Part shown: one piece after another, positions 1 to 12,097 of the stretch
How the letters are laid out: the number at the start of each line of letters is the position of its first letter
Numbering within the stretch: the first letter of the stretch is position 1
Assembly: GCA_030704615.1 (NCBI GenBank)
Contig: CM060732.1
Coordinates: 80,786,001 to 80,850,000 of the forward strand
Source of the DNA: Takakia lepidozioides
Lineage: Eukaryota; Plantae; Bryophyta
Length of the DNA stretch: 64,000 bases
Direction: 5' to 3'
Notes under the pieces: model-generated
What the model saw: only the letters and a program-made list of their open reading frames with translations
Told to the model about the DNA's origin: nothing
The model's database searches: none
Program-made: the position numbers and the translations under genes

Positions 1-3000
1 AGGTCCGTCCAATTATCTTGGTGATAATTTATCGTATAACAAAGATATTGCTCCAAAATCTAGTTTCCGCGTTCGGTTTGACCATTAGTCTGTAGATGAT
101 TAGTTGTAGAGAGATTGATCTTAGTATCTAATATGTGAAATAATCCCCTCCAGAAATTTGATATGAAATGTGGTCCTCGATCAGATACGATGTCATTCGG
201 GAGTCCATGAATGCGGTAGATATTATTGAGGAAGAGTCTTGCAGTTTCCTCGCCTGTAACCGTCTTATTATATTGAATGAAATGTGTCATCTTCGTAAAA
301 CGATCCACAATAACAAGGATTAAGTCGGTGGTTTTGAAAATTGGAAGGTCCGTAGTAAAATCCATAGACAATGACGACCATGGACCCTTGGGAATGGGTA
401 ATGGTTGAAGAAGGCCGTAAGGTCGATGTCGTGGTTCCTTCGCCCTAGCATACGTGTCACAAAATTTTACAAATTCTTTCACGAGTTTCCACACCTTCGG
501 CCACCAATAGTCCCTGGATATCAATTCCATTGTTTTGTTGAAGCCGAAATGTCCTACCGCCGGAAGATCATGACATGTTTGAAGAATTCGAAGTCGTGTA
601 GGTCCTGGAGATACATAGAGAAGTCCCTTGAAATAAAGTAAGTCATCTTTGAATTCGAAGTCGTTTGTAATATGTGGGTTGTCTCGAGGTCGATTTAGTT
701 CACTTCTTAGTGCCGTGGCAAGTTGGTCGCTCTTCAGTGCTTCCTGAATCTCTTTTATGATCTCTGCATCGTCCTAGGTGGACATGGATAATATATTCAA
801 TTAGAGATTTGCTGGTTTCAAGATGATGGATTTCTGTTGGTCAAAAGTTGTGTCCCCTTCTTTTGACGCAAGATACGATCATCGAGAAAAAGCATCTGGT
901 TTTCCGAGACGGTAGATAATAACAAAATCAAACCTTGCTAGTGACATACTCCATCGCTTGACGTCGATTCAAAACACGAACACTCATAAAATACTCGAGG
1001 TTTTTGTGATCGGTGTAGACAGTGACCTGATGTTTAGCTCCCTCCAATAGATGACGACACTCCTCAAAAGCATCGATAATCGCTAGAAGTTCTTTGTCAT
1101 GGATTTCATAATTGATCTCCGCAGCGGAAAATTTGCGAGAACGAAAACCAACAGGGTAAAGTCTGCCCGTACCGTATTGAGATTGTACCGCGCTAAGTGC
1201 AAAGTCCGATGCATCTGCTTCCAAAAAGAATGGTTTAGATGGGTCTGCATGTACCAGTATTGGAGCCGTTGTAAATACCTGCTTCATTCTTTCAAATGCT
1301 TGGTCAGCTTTCTCATCCCATACAAATTTGTCATTCCCTGTAAGTCGTGTCAATGGTGTAGTAATTTTGGAGTAGTTCTTGATGACGATTCTATGGAAAT
1401 TTGCAAATCCTAGAAAACATTGTACATTTCGGACTGAAGTTGGTTTAATCCACTCGATGATGGTTTGTATTTTCTTCTGATCCATAAAAAAATCCTTTAT
1501 TGGAATTAATGTAGCCCAAAAATTCGACTTCAGATTGGTGGAAAAGACATTTTTCCAACTTGACATATAGTCTTTTTTTCCCTCAATTTATCAAGGACAA
1601 GGCGTATATGACGACCATGTTCTTCTTCATTATGTGAAAATATCAAAATGTCGTCTAAATAGATGATTACAAAGTCATCTAAAAATTCTCGAAAGATGTC
1701 ATTCATCATGTGTTGAAAAATTGCTGGGGCATTTGTAAGACCGAAAGGCATAACACCGTATTCGAAATGTCCGTACTTTGTGCGAAAAACAGTCTTCCAT
1801 CCTTCTTTTATTCGTACAAGGTTGTAAGCTCATATCAAGTCGATCTTTGTGAAAAAATTTGCTCGTCCAAGTTGTTCGAGGAGTCCGGAAATCAGCGGTA
1901 GTGGGTAACGATTTTTGATAGTGACTTTGTTGAGCCCACGATAGTCCACACACATGCGTAATGATCCGTCTTTCTTCTTCATAAATAAGATAGGTACTCC
2001 CGCGGGTGATTTTGAATGTTGAATGAAATTCTTTGACAAATTTTCATGAATGTATTCGCGTAAAGCAGCCAGCTCCGTTTGAGATAAATTGTAAATTGAG
2101 CCGAATGGTGGTTGGGCTCCTTCTTGCAACTCAATTGTACAATCATAAGGTCGATGCTCTGGCAACATGTCTGCATTTTTCTTCCCAAATACATCCTTGA
2201 AATCTGATATTGAGTGGATAATGTCGAAATACCTTGGTCTGTTGTGGTCTTGATCGGAGTCGCATAAAGTGCAAATGTCGCGTCTTTATTCGTAGCTCTC
2301 ATGAAGGCTCTAGCTCCAAGAAACAGGGGTTGAATACCTTAGGTATTTTTGCATTTTTGTCTTGCCGAAATTTTTCGTGATCGCCAGTCGATGTCAGGAT
2401 TATGAAGTACAAACCAGGGAAGTCCAAGGATCACATGATTCGTTGGAGACTGGATGACATTGAAAACAATCTGTGATGCTTGATTTTTAAGCTTCCCTTC
2501 AAGGGGTCGAGTTTCATGGTCAATGTTTCCTGATGCTAACGGTCGTCCATCGATGACTTCAACATGGGCCGAGAATTTTTTTCTTACAAGCGTTAAATTG
2601 TGTTGTTTCGCAAAGTCTTTGTCAATAAAACACGCTGAAGCGCCCGAGTCCAAAAGAGCTTCTACGGAGATATCTCGATTTTACATCCTGATCATTACTA
2701 AAACTGTGAAACAAGATACAGGGTCTGGAAGTAGAAAAAGATTTTTTTTTGGTGAGGAATTTGGGATGTCCAGCCGCATGGTCCCTACTGTGACTGGACA
2801 TCCTCCTCGTATCGAACACTTGAGTTGTGGCCCGAGCTTTGAATCTTCTCTTGTTGGGGCAGTTTAATGCTATGTGATCATCTTCTCCGCAATAAAGGCA
2901 TAATCCATTCGAGCGTCGTCTTTGTTTTTCTTGTGGCGTCAATGGCTTGAATCGGACAACATCAATCTGCATAGGATCATTACCGGATGTTTGATGGATC

Positions 3001-3269
3001 GTTGTGTTTGGTGTCGTAGTAGCAGCGACATGGTACGTCGTCGACCATCCAGATCGCTTCTCTTGACGTCTTTCGAACAAACGATTATCGCATGCAATGA
3101 CTTGGGTGATGAATTCGCTCAGTGTACTCACGTTTGACATTGTCAGCAACAAATCTTTTACATCATCTTTTAGACCACATCAAAATTGACTAATGAGGCT
3201 ATTCTCATTTGGACAGTCGAGATCGCACGCAAGTTGTCGAAATTCGGCAGCATAAACAGAAGCAGGACG
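1..3269 (-). mobile_element. Decayed Ty3/gypsy retrotransposon internal region (gag-PR-RT-RH-INT), chromovirus-like, with many stops and frameshifts
   Basis: Minus-strand ORF pieces in Ty3 order: gag with CCHC knuckle (CLYCGEDDHIALNC, 2622-3269), protease LLDSGAS (2339-2660), RT ([13 protein letters not shown]), RNase H (LEADASDFA, ELLAIIDA), integrase (SMDFTTDLP, IVSDRG, NGQTER). Cut in gag by a CACTA terminus at 3270. Confidence 0.93.
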
Positions 3270-3600
3270 CACTACGCCAAATCATGGTTTTATTTTTATT
3301 TTTATTTTAGAGTCATGGTTTTCATGACTCAAACCATGACTCAAAGTGGGACAGACACGAAGAAGTCATGGATATGCATAAAAATGGTCGGGTATATGAC
3401 TAAACGACTCCGTAAAGTTCAGGTCAACAAGGTTTGACCAAAGAACAGCAATGATCATAAGTCACACGTATGCTTTTAAAAGATAGCGAAGCGGACTCTA
3501 GAGATTTTGGAGCGTGGTCAAATGCCGTTGACTATGGATAGTGTCGCGGTGTGGTCGTCTGCATGACTCTTATTTGGTGTCCCAATTAATGATAGATATT
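3270..3600 (+). mobile_element. CACTA (En/Spm) left terminus with subterminal repeats
   Basis: Begins CACTACGCCAAAT exactly where the Ty3 gag is interrupted. Followed by direct and inverted AGTCATG/CATGACT repeats and a segment resembling the reverse complement of 31350-31400. No matching right end was identified. Confidence 0.6.
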
Positions 3601-3717
3601 ATTTAGTATTAATGCGAAAATAAAATAAAACACATTGGATGATTCAAGCAATGTCTGTCACTTGGCATAATCTCATTTAAAGATGCATTTTGGATGAACA
3701 AAAAATGGAAAAACAAA

Positions 3718-3908
3718 TGAATGGATGGATGTGTGGAAGACCCAAAATTCATCCATCTATCGCTACATTCATCCACACATAGGGCTAGGACAGCACTTAG
3801 TTGAAGCACCAGTTTCATGAGTTGTGAAAGGATGGATGTATTGATGGAAGACCCAAAATCCATCCATCTATCGCTACATTCATCCACGCAGAGGGCTGGG
3901 ACTTAGCT
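3718..3908. repeat. Two imperfect direct repeats of about 110 bp
   Basis: ggatggatgt...ggaagacccaaaat.catccatctatcgctacattcatccac.ca.agggct.ggac occurs twice in tandem. Confidence 0.8.
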
Positions 3909-4237
3909 GCGTACTACCTTCACAGGGAAATACGACTCTTTAAGTTGGTCATTGTATTTTGAGAGCAGAGCATAGCAGTGTTCTGCGGATCGATGGAGGC
4001 TTTGGAGACCTATGAGCGGATGTATGAGCGGATGCAGTGCGAGGAATAGACGAGAGAAGAGAGACAGAGAGCAGGGAGGGGAGAGAGGCGAGTGAACATT
4101 GAGTAGCGAGAGATCCCTGCGGTGTTGTTTCAAATGATAGCTGTGGCTTCTTCTGCGGTGGGCCACCCTTTGTCTTCTCTGCCAGCGCAAGAAAAGAAGG
4201 CCTCATCCAGTTCCTCTTTTATTCCGACTGAAACCCT

Positions 4238-4351
4238 AGAGTTGAAGCCCGACTAGCAGCTCTTTTGACAGAAAGCAAGGAGTACTCGGAGGCGTAGTCT
4301 TTGCTAACGAATCTGGTGCGGGAGGTACGGCGGCTCGACGACAAGCTCCTA
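4238..4351 (+). pseudogene. RPN6: Gene fragment of 26S proteasome lid subunit RPN6/PSMD11
   Basis: Translates RVEARLAALLTESKEYSEA*SLLTNLVREVRRLDDKLL, which I recognise as the conserved plant RPN6 segment. One internal stop; abuts a PPR fragment at about 4352. Confidence 0.75.
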
Positions 4352-5180
4352 CGTCATTCTAAACACTGCCCCTGCCCTGGTGGACATGTATGCCAAATGT
4401 GGGTGCATCGAGGATGCCTTGAAGGGAGTGTTCAACACTATGGCTGAACGAGATGTGGTGTCGTGGAGTGCGATGCTTGCAGGGTATGCACAGCAGGGGT
4501 GCGGGATGGAGGCTTTGGAAACCTATGAGCAAATGATGGGGGAAGGGGTGAAGCCCGCCGACATAACGTTTGTGTGCGTTTGCAGTGTGTCTGGCAGCCC
4601 TGGAAAAGGGCAAAGAGATCCATGGTGACATCATCAAATCTGCAATTGTACCGGATTTAATCCTGACCACTGCTCTGGTTGACATGTGAGCCAAATGTGG
4701 GAGCATTGAGGATGCCAAGGGAGTATCCAACACTATGGCTGAACGAGATGTGGTGTCGTGGAACGCGATGCTTGTAGGGTGTGCAGAGCAGGGGCGCGGG
4801 ATGGGGCTTTGGAGACAATGAGCAAATGATGGGGAAGGGGTGAAGCTCGACCACATCGTGTTTGTGTGCGTTTGCAGTGCGTGTGCAAGCAACTTTGGTG
4901 ATGCAACGATGCACCTCTTTGCCCTTTTACAGGGCTGCAAAGACTCCACACCCACCATGACTGCAACGTGCTCAAACTCAACCCATATGTCACGGCCAAC
5001 CCTGCCAGACCAGATGTGATTCTGAACAATATCCTCGTGGACATGTATGCCAAATGTGGGAGCACTCAGGATGCGGAGGGAGTGTTTGAAACACTATGGC
5101 TGAATGAGATCTGGTGTCGTGGAACGCGATGCTTGCAGGATGTGCACAGCAGGGGCGCGGGATGGAGGGTTTGGAGACCT
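4352..5180 (+). pseudogene. Three degenerate PLS-PPR fragments (S-P-L motifs), including a short inverted PPR piece near 4910-4940
   Basis: Repeated VDMYAKCG.IEDA.GVF..MAERDVVSW.AMLAGYAQQG motifs with frameshifts and stops. Confidence 0.85.
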
Positions 5181-6364
5181 GAATCCTCCATGGATCATGA
5201 CACAAGGTCAAGGACAATGTGGTGAGGGCACCTTCTTCTTCAACCTATTTCAGTCTGTTTTGCCCTCTCATCATTAGGGTTGGGGTGTTTGCTGGAAGAA
5301 CTTCGCGCCGTCAGTGTCAGCTGCTAGCAGCAAGGCTGAGGATGTGTTCATGATTGTACACAGGCAGAGATAGCTGAAGGAGCAGGGATAGAGTGTAGGT
5401 CCAGATTCATCCAAGTGGGCCGGACTTCAACCTCCAGATTACCTATGATTCCCTGTGGAAGGATAGGACGTACAAGAAACCTGCATGGGTAGATGGTCAA
5501 CTGGAAGCCGCAGCAGCAGCGGCACAATTGATAAAATCATGCACTGCTAATGAAGGCACCTCCTTCAACACATTTTCACCCTGTTTTTCCCACTTATCAG
5601 GATCGGCCCTAAATTTTCGTGTTGAATTTTGCAAGTTAGCTGGTTGAGTGAACCTTTGATAGTTTGGAGTGACTTTGACATGATACTGCCAATGTGACAA
5701 CAGGAAAGTATCCAGAAACAGGTAACAGAGATGAGGAGAAGCTGTGGAATGAATACTTTTCTGACCCAGTCAATGGTGGGACAATTGAGGCAAAAGGGTG
5801 AATGCCTGTTGGATTACAGAGAGTAGCAGATGCAATGGAGCATAGGAACTAGTGTGATAAGTTGAGTTGGGTGTTTCCTAGGACAAATCTAGGCTATCAA
5901 GGCAAGGATGTATGAATGATTAATTGTGCAGAGGCAGTAATAGCTGAAGGAGCAGGGATAGAGTGCGGGTCCAGATTCATCCAAGAGGGCCAGATTTCAA
6001 GCACAAGATTACCTATGATTCCTTGTGGATCAATAGCTGCAAGAAACCTGCATGGGTAGATGGTCAACTGGAAGCCGCAGCAGCAGTAGCAGCAGCACAA
6101 TTGATAAAACCACGCACTGCTAATCAAGGCACCTCTTCAACACATTTCACCCTGTTTTCCCCTCTTATCAGAATCGGCCCTAAATTTCCATGTTGAATTT
6201 TGCAAGTTAGCTAGTTCAGTGAATCTTTGATAGTTTGGAGTGACTTTGACATGATACTGCCAATGTGACAACAGAAAAGTATCCAGAAACAGGTAACAGA
6301 CCTGTTTACCTGACCTGAATACATTTCTGACCCCAGTCAATGGTGGGACAACCGAGGCAAAAAG
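5180..6364 (+). pseudogene. Tandem OSB-type PDF-motif exon pairs, cluster 1 (exons approx. 5405-5555, 5704-5797, 5975-6128, 6275-6364)
   Basis: Exon B GKYP.T.NR.EEKLWNEYFSDPSQWWDNRGKK|GT and exon C AG|IHPRGPDFKHKITYDSLWINSCKKPAWVDGQLEA. Exon 5975-6128 is open; the others carry indels or stops. Confidence 0.8.
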
Positions 6365-6379
6365 GTGAATGCCTGTCAG

Positions 6380-6545
6380 ATTACCAGGTGTCATTCTGAA
6401 AACTGCCCTGGTGGACATGGTATGCCAAATGGGGTCGGATCGAGGATGCACAGGGAGTACTGTTCAACACTATGGCTGAACGAGATGTGGTGTCGTGGAG
6501 TGTGATGCTTGCAGGGTATGCACAGCAGGGGCGTGGGATGGGGGA
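6380..6545 (+). pseudogene. PLS-PPR fragment fused to the PDF intron
   Basis: VILKTALVDM..KWG..EDA..V.NTMAERDVVSWSVMLAGYAQQG with frameshifts. Confidence 0.8.
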
Positions 6546-8051
6546 TGTTCTTCTATCCAGCCACCATCGTACTCGTGTCCATTTCCTGTGATCATTCAAA
6601 TGCTCCTTTGCAAACCAGTAAATTCAAGAGTAAGCTTGTAGGTATTTTTCTAGACCATAATGGCCTAGACTAGTTTGTCCCAATCTCTTTTGCTAGTTAT
6701 GTGGATCTCATATGCTTTTTGTTTTCGTTTTGCAATTTCTTGGGCCAGACAAGTTTGTACATGTGTAGTTTTTTGAAACCCTGTTTGATGATTCACAATG
6801 TTAACTTTTGTTCGGGATTTGTAGGGTCCCCTCATTTGTCCACGTTACCCAGGAACCACAGGGCCCACTTTGCCTCGGGAAACCCTGTTAGCAATGCTTG
6901 CAGCAAGCCGGCAGTCGAGGTAGTCAGCCACTTAGCAGTTTGGCCATCACACCAGCCAATTGTGCAGTGGGTAACACAGCTGGGGTTGTCCATGTGGTAG
7001 AGACCTCCAGTGCTATGAAAGGCTCCTCTGCTTGTCAAAGAGAATAACCACATGTCATGAAGGCTCCCATGCTCCTGTAGTGCGAGGCTGCACAAACCTA
7101 AAATGCACAGCCATGAGATAGCCTACCACACTATCAACTCCACAATGGCTATCCACTTTCTCCGAGGGAACGCATGCATGTTCATGTTGCCATTTTCAGA
7201 CACTTGGATACTTGGCTTCTGTTGACCAACTGCAAATTGTGATAAACACTTGGGATCTACTTCAGGAGAAGTTTTTGCAAGCTGGGGCAATTTGAATTTG
7301 CTTGGAGGCCTATCTGGCTCACAGGCCACTATTAAAGCTATCTGGAAAACCAGGGCAACCATGAGTGTGAGCACTGATACTGTTTCCACATTGTCAAATG
7401 TCACTAGAACCAAGAAACTGCTAATCAATATACCCCTTGACTTCTAGACAGGTGTAACTGCTGAAGATCCCACCTAATCAACCTCAGTAGAAGAGAAGCA
7501 CAAAAGGATTGGTACATAACGAAAGCAAGCAACTTGAGTAAGAGTGCTCCATACACTAGATACCGACCCACGTCAATGTTAACTCTGATGATTTCAAACA
7601 TAGGTTGCACACATTGACATAGGTGGATTAAGAAACATATGATATGATCACATCAGCATATGCAAAACAAAAGCCTGTCACTTGAGTAGTACTTAAAAAT
7701 GTGGAATACACCACAGCAGGCTGGAACTTTGTACATACAGGGATAATGAGTATGGCAGGGTACATGCCCAAATGTGTCGTCATGGGTGCAATTGCTGCCT
7801 CCAGACCATGTCCAGCCAGTGACTAGTCAACGCGAATAGAAGAGATCAATGGTGCTCTACCCACAAGGAGTTTGAAAAGAGAAAGAGAGGAGAAGGGGCA
7901 CACATCAAAGGAAAGCCAGAGAGGCACACATCAATTGGATCTCATTACACTGAACATATTGGAGCGGCTGTGGTCTGGTGACAAATTTGGGCTTGGCTGA
8001 TTTGCAACAGATGATCTGGCAACAGACACGGCATCCTCCAACGTTGGGGTG

Positions 8052-8170
8052 CTTGGCCACAAATGGATGCTCGAAATGCTCTGATGCTGTTGGTCGTTCC
8101 TTAGGCTTTTCACACGTAAACACAGAGAAATGAAGTCCTTAGCTTCAAGGCTCAGATGTTCTGGGATGCA
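8052..8170 (-). pseudogene. Protein kinase C-lobe fragment, MAP3K (NPK1/ANP-like)
   Basis: IPEHLSLEAKDFISLCL then, after a frameshift, KPKERPTASEHFEHPFV, matching kinase subdomains X-XI. No N-lobe nearby. Confidence 0.55.
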
Positions 8171-8896
8171 AGTGCGCGGACATACATACCTCGGAGATTG
8201 GCGCCGTAACGAAACGAACAATGACGACGACGGACGAAACAAAGAGAGCCTATTCTCGCCTTTAAAAAAAATAAAAAATAAAAAATTAGAACATGGGTAT
8301 CTCCCTAGAGATATATTAATAGGAAAAGGAGAGCCTATGCTAAAACCAGTTCCGACTTTGTCGTCACTTGAATTTAGAAGTTCTATAATATTTACATACA
8401 TTGAATAGGTGAGGAAACACAACCGGGGGCTGTCCCCGGTGGTAAGCTGCCTTCGGGCTAGGGCTCTGCCCTTGTAATGCCTCCATCGCTCAGAAAGGGG
8501 GTTTATTTCCCCCCTTAAGGCCTAGTTGTTGGGGCTGGTGTTTCCTTGGATTAAAAAAAATCAAAAGAAAATAATTTAGAGCAGATAAGTTTGACAAAAA
8601 TGATTTTCATAATTCAATTCTAGTAGCGACAAGCTTCGGTTGGAAGCTAGTTTAGCGTAGAGCAAATATAGGGTGCCATAGTGCCAATGCCAAGTCATCG
8701 TCGCCATATCATCATTGCCACATTTCGTCGTCACTATTTTTGGAATCTGACCGGACTGCCCAAAAATATAAAAAAAACCAAAAATGAGTTCTCGAGATCT
8801 CTCAAGCTTCTCTGAACGGATTTTCATGGAGGTGTTGAGTCCTCTCATGTGTTTCAATCTCTGCCTGTTCAGCTGCACCGTGGTGGTTCTCACAGA

Positions 8897-9159
8897 CCAA
8901 TCCGACATTAAGAAGCACACACAAGAGGCCCTTTTGGGTTGATGGTCGGTATCCTCCATGGGTCATGATACAAGGTCAAGGACAATGTGGTGAGGGCACC
9001 TTCTTTTCAGCCTGTTCTTCCCTCTCATCAGACTCGGCCCTGAGATGCATATTCAATTCTGTAAGTGAGCTCGTTGGGTGGATCTGTGGTGGTTTGGAGT
9101 GACTTTGACAAGTTACTGCCGTTGTGGCAGCAGAAAAGTATCCAAAAACAGATAACAGA
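8897..9159 (+). pseudogene. PDF-motif exon variant plus intron and start of exon B, interrupted by the LINE
   Basis: cag|TNPTL...TQEAL(fs)WVDGR.PPWV...QGQCGE|gcacc. Exon B begins EKYPKTDNR and resumes at 12098. Confidence 0.65.
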
Positions 9160-12097
9160 TTGTACTCATAAGACGTTGTTTGCCATAGCCTTGTGGCCAT
9201 TGACCCCGCGCCCAGTTTGAGCGAGAACAAAAGGGACAGAACCTACCTCTGTCAGGGGCTGACGTTGGTAGTAAGACTTACCTTCATATATAGAATTAAT
9301 CCGGGTTTTCCAGATATCCTCTAGAAATCCCTTCACACAAGCATCAAGGCTGTGTGTGATTGGCCCAAAAACTAGGCCTCAGGAGGGCCTGGGAGGCTCA
9401 GCCTCAAGAATTTCAAAGTTGGTAAACAGGGTACAGGCACAATTCCCTTTATAGATTTGAAGAGAGCGTCTCTTTGGTGAGAAAACCCCGGACAATGTAT
9501 CAGAAAATGAATACTGTCTTCAGATTGCCCACGGGCAATTGCACTCTCCCTTTCCTCTCTGCTTCTGTTTGCTGTTCAAAGGTAGGCTTCCTGCCCTAAG
9601 TTTAAATTTCAGTCTAGTGCCGAGAGTGGGTAGACCCTTGAGGTCATCCAAGATGTCCTCCCCCATGTCACTGACTGGAAACAAGTTCAGGGAAGTTTTC
9701 TGCCTAACTTCATTTTCATCAGACAATCTCATGGCAACAGACATGGCTTTGGACACTACAGCCTCTAAGTCAGATTTATCCAGCAGGGTCAAGACTTGCG
9801 GATCCAGGTCCAGGTCCTTGAGAATCTCTTCTACTCTCTTCTGCCAGGACTTAGCCCGTTTGACAGGGCGGTCTTGTTTCCAAGATATAGAGTCGATTAA
9901 CTTGAGATATCTGGTGTTGGGCATATGTTGCAGCTGACCCCACCATCTGACCTTGAATTCATCTCGTCGGGAGCTTAAGGACGGAATGCCAAACTCACCC
10001 CGAACAACCATATTGGCTGTTTTGGAGCATGCTGACATACACTCCTTAAGCACCCCCACTTGAATGGATTCTAGAGACTTAGCCTGGTTGGAGTTATCAA
10101 CCCATATTGCAGATCCGTACTCCAAGGCAGGTCTAATAACGCGACAAAGCATGGTTTTCTTAACCTCAAAGTTGACCCCTTTGCAGTGGAAAAAGCTAGT
10201 GAGCCCTAGAGCTTTGCCCTTGCCAGTTTGAACATCTTTCCGGATATGTGCATCCCAATTACAATTGGAGGAAAACTCAAACGCCCAGGTAAGTGTAGGA
10301 AGGGAGGACCGGGATCTCTTGGCTACCCCACTGCCACTTAAGATCACTTCCTCCCTCTCCTCTGTCGTTGAATGCTACCACTGCACATTTGCTGACATTA
10401 GCCTCTAGCCCCCAAAGATCAAAGTATCTCTTCGTGCAATCAATCAACTCCTAGAGATTGGTTGGAGTCTCCCCTATGCCTGCAAAGTCATCCGCAAACA
10501 TATGGGCTGGTATGGTGGTATCACCCACCCTTAACCCAAATCCCTCACTGTCCACATCCTCGAGGAGTTGATCGATGAAAACATTGAAGAGCAGAGGGGA
10601 GAGAGCAGAGGGGAGAGAGTACATCCTAGAGCTACACCTTCAAAGAAGTTGGACTTCTGTCCGTTAATAGTGACACAACTTTTGGTGTGAGCATACAAGT
10701 TGTGGACAACTCTCCACATCTTTCCCTTGATCCCACAAGACCAGAGGCGGAACCATAGGCCATCTCTCCACACTGTGGCATAAGCCTTTTTGACATCCAG
10801 GAATAAAACATAAGTGGGTTTCCCTTCTTTTTTCCTTCCCTGGATAATCTGGCTTAGAGTGAAGATATGATCCACACAACCGCTGTTTCGCCGAAAGCCA
10901 GCTTGGCCTTCGTGGAAACAACCTCTAGACTCCAGATCAACCTCGAGACGAGTACTTATAACTCTGCATAATGTCTTGCCAACAGCATTGAGGAGCGTGA
11001 TGCCACGGTAGTTCCCCGGTTCTTCTCTGTCACCCTTCTTGTATAGATTGACAATGACCCCCTGTCGCCAACGAAAGGGGGTCATTTCAGTCTCCCAGAT
11101 AAGGTTAAAGAGGAGAACTAGGGCCTCTATCATGGGATCGCCACCGTGCTTGATAAGCTCGTTGACAATACCATCAGGTCCACCAGCTTTATATCCATTT
11201 AAATGTTCAATTGCTTCCACAATCTCAGAAGAACTAATGGGAGCGTAGAATTTGTTCGTCTTGTGTAAACCTTGAGGATTGGTAAACCATTCAGAGTACC
11301 AAATCCTTCAGGTTCAGGACGTTCAGGTTTCGTACACTTATGGGCGTCTTGTCCTTCTGGCTGTTTGGATTTAACCTCATCCAGAGCATCAAACCGATTA
11401 GAAACTCTCAAGTTGAAGTCCTTGCCCTTGGTTGTCTTCCTAGAGCGCCCCATTGAATCACCAATGTCTAAGACCGCTCTCCAGCCAGTCAAGGGACGAA
11501 CTTCTTTGAGATTGAATTGATGTGGGACTCTATTAGAAGCACTTTTGGTCATTGCAACCTTCAACGTACCCTGTTATCAAGTCTCGAGATGGAACCATTA
11601 GCCATGAAATCCAAGCTTAAGCTAGAGCATACCCCAAAAACTACACATGAAGCCCTAGATTTGGCATAAGTAACCAATTCCCAGGAATCACCCTGAGGAG
11701 TGTTGACGTTGATAGGAGCTAAAATTTTGATTGTAGTCGCAGGCTATAAGTTTAAGCACAGGAACCAACCCGAGCCCAAGTGCCGAGCATGCTATACAGA
11801 GCATACGACTGCCCAATTTGGGCGGAGGGACTGCCCCCAAGCGGTAGGGGTCCGCTTGTTACCATTCAGAGATCACACTCCAGGGAGTTGCAGGGAATGG
11901 CCCGTGTAGGCATATTCTAAAGAGGGAAAGGCCCCAAGCTTTCCAACTAAATGCACTACCTTACCTGGAGCAAAGTGCTCAGGTCGAAACAAACAAGGAC
12001 ACCAGGTCACAAGGCCGGCATTTAGTCACAGAGACATTACTGTACTCCCGTATCAAGTCCACCCAATGGCAATAGGCTTCCTAGAGGACAGGGAGAT
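9160..12097 (-). mobile_element. 5'-truncated non-LTR retrotransposon (LINE, RTE/RTE-X-like) with 16-bp TSD
   Basis: RT motifs KAGGPDGI, NYRGITLL, QAGFRR, FLDVKKAY and MFADD (~10490); C-terminal RPALEYGSAIW and KFKLRAGSLPL. Identical AAAAACAGATAACAGA at 9144-9159 and 12098-12113. No poly(A) tail. Confidence 0.9.

Noticed and set aside
4960-5010. VLKLNPY resembling the ribosomal protein L4 C-terminus
   Set aside because: Match is too short to support.
11250-11570. 121-aa ORF inside the LINE ending ILKVYTRR
   Set aside because: Looks like a foreign retroelement scrap, but it has no domain or boundaries I can establish.
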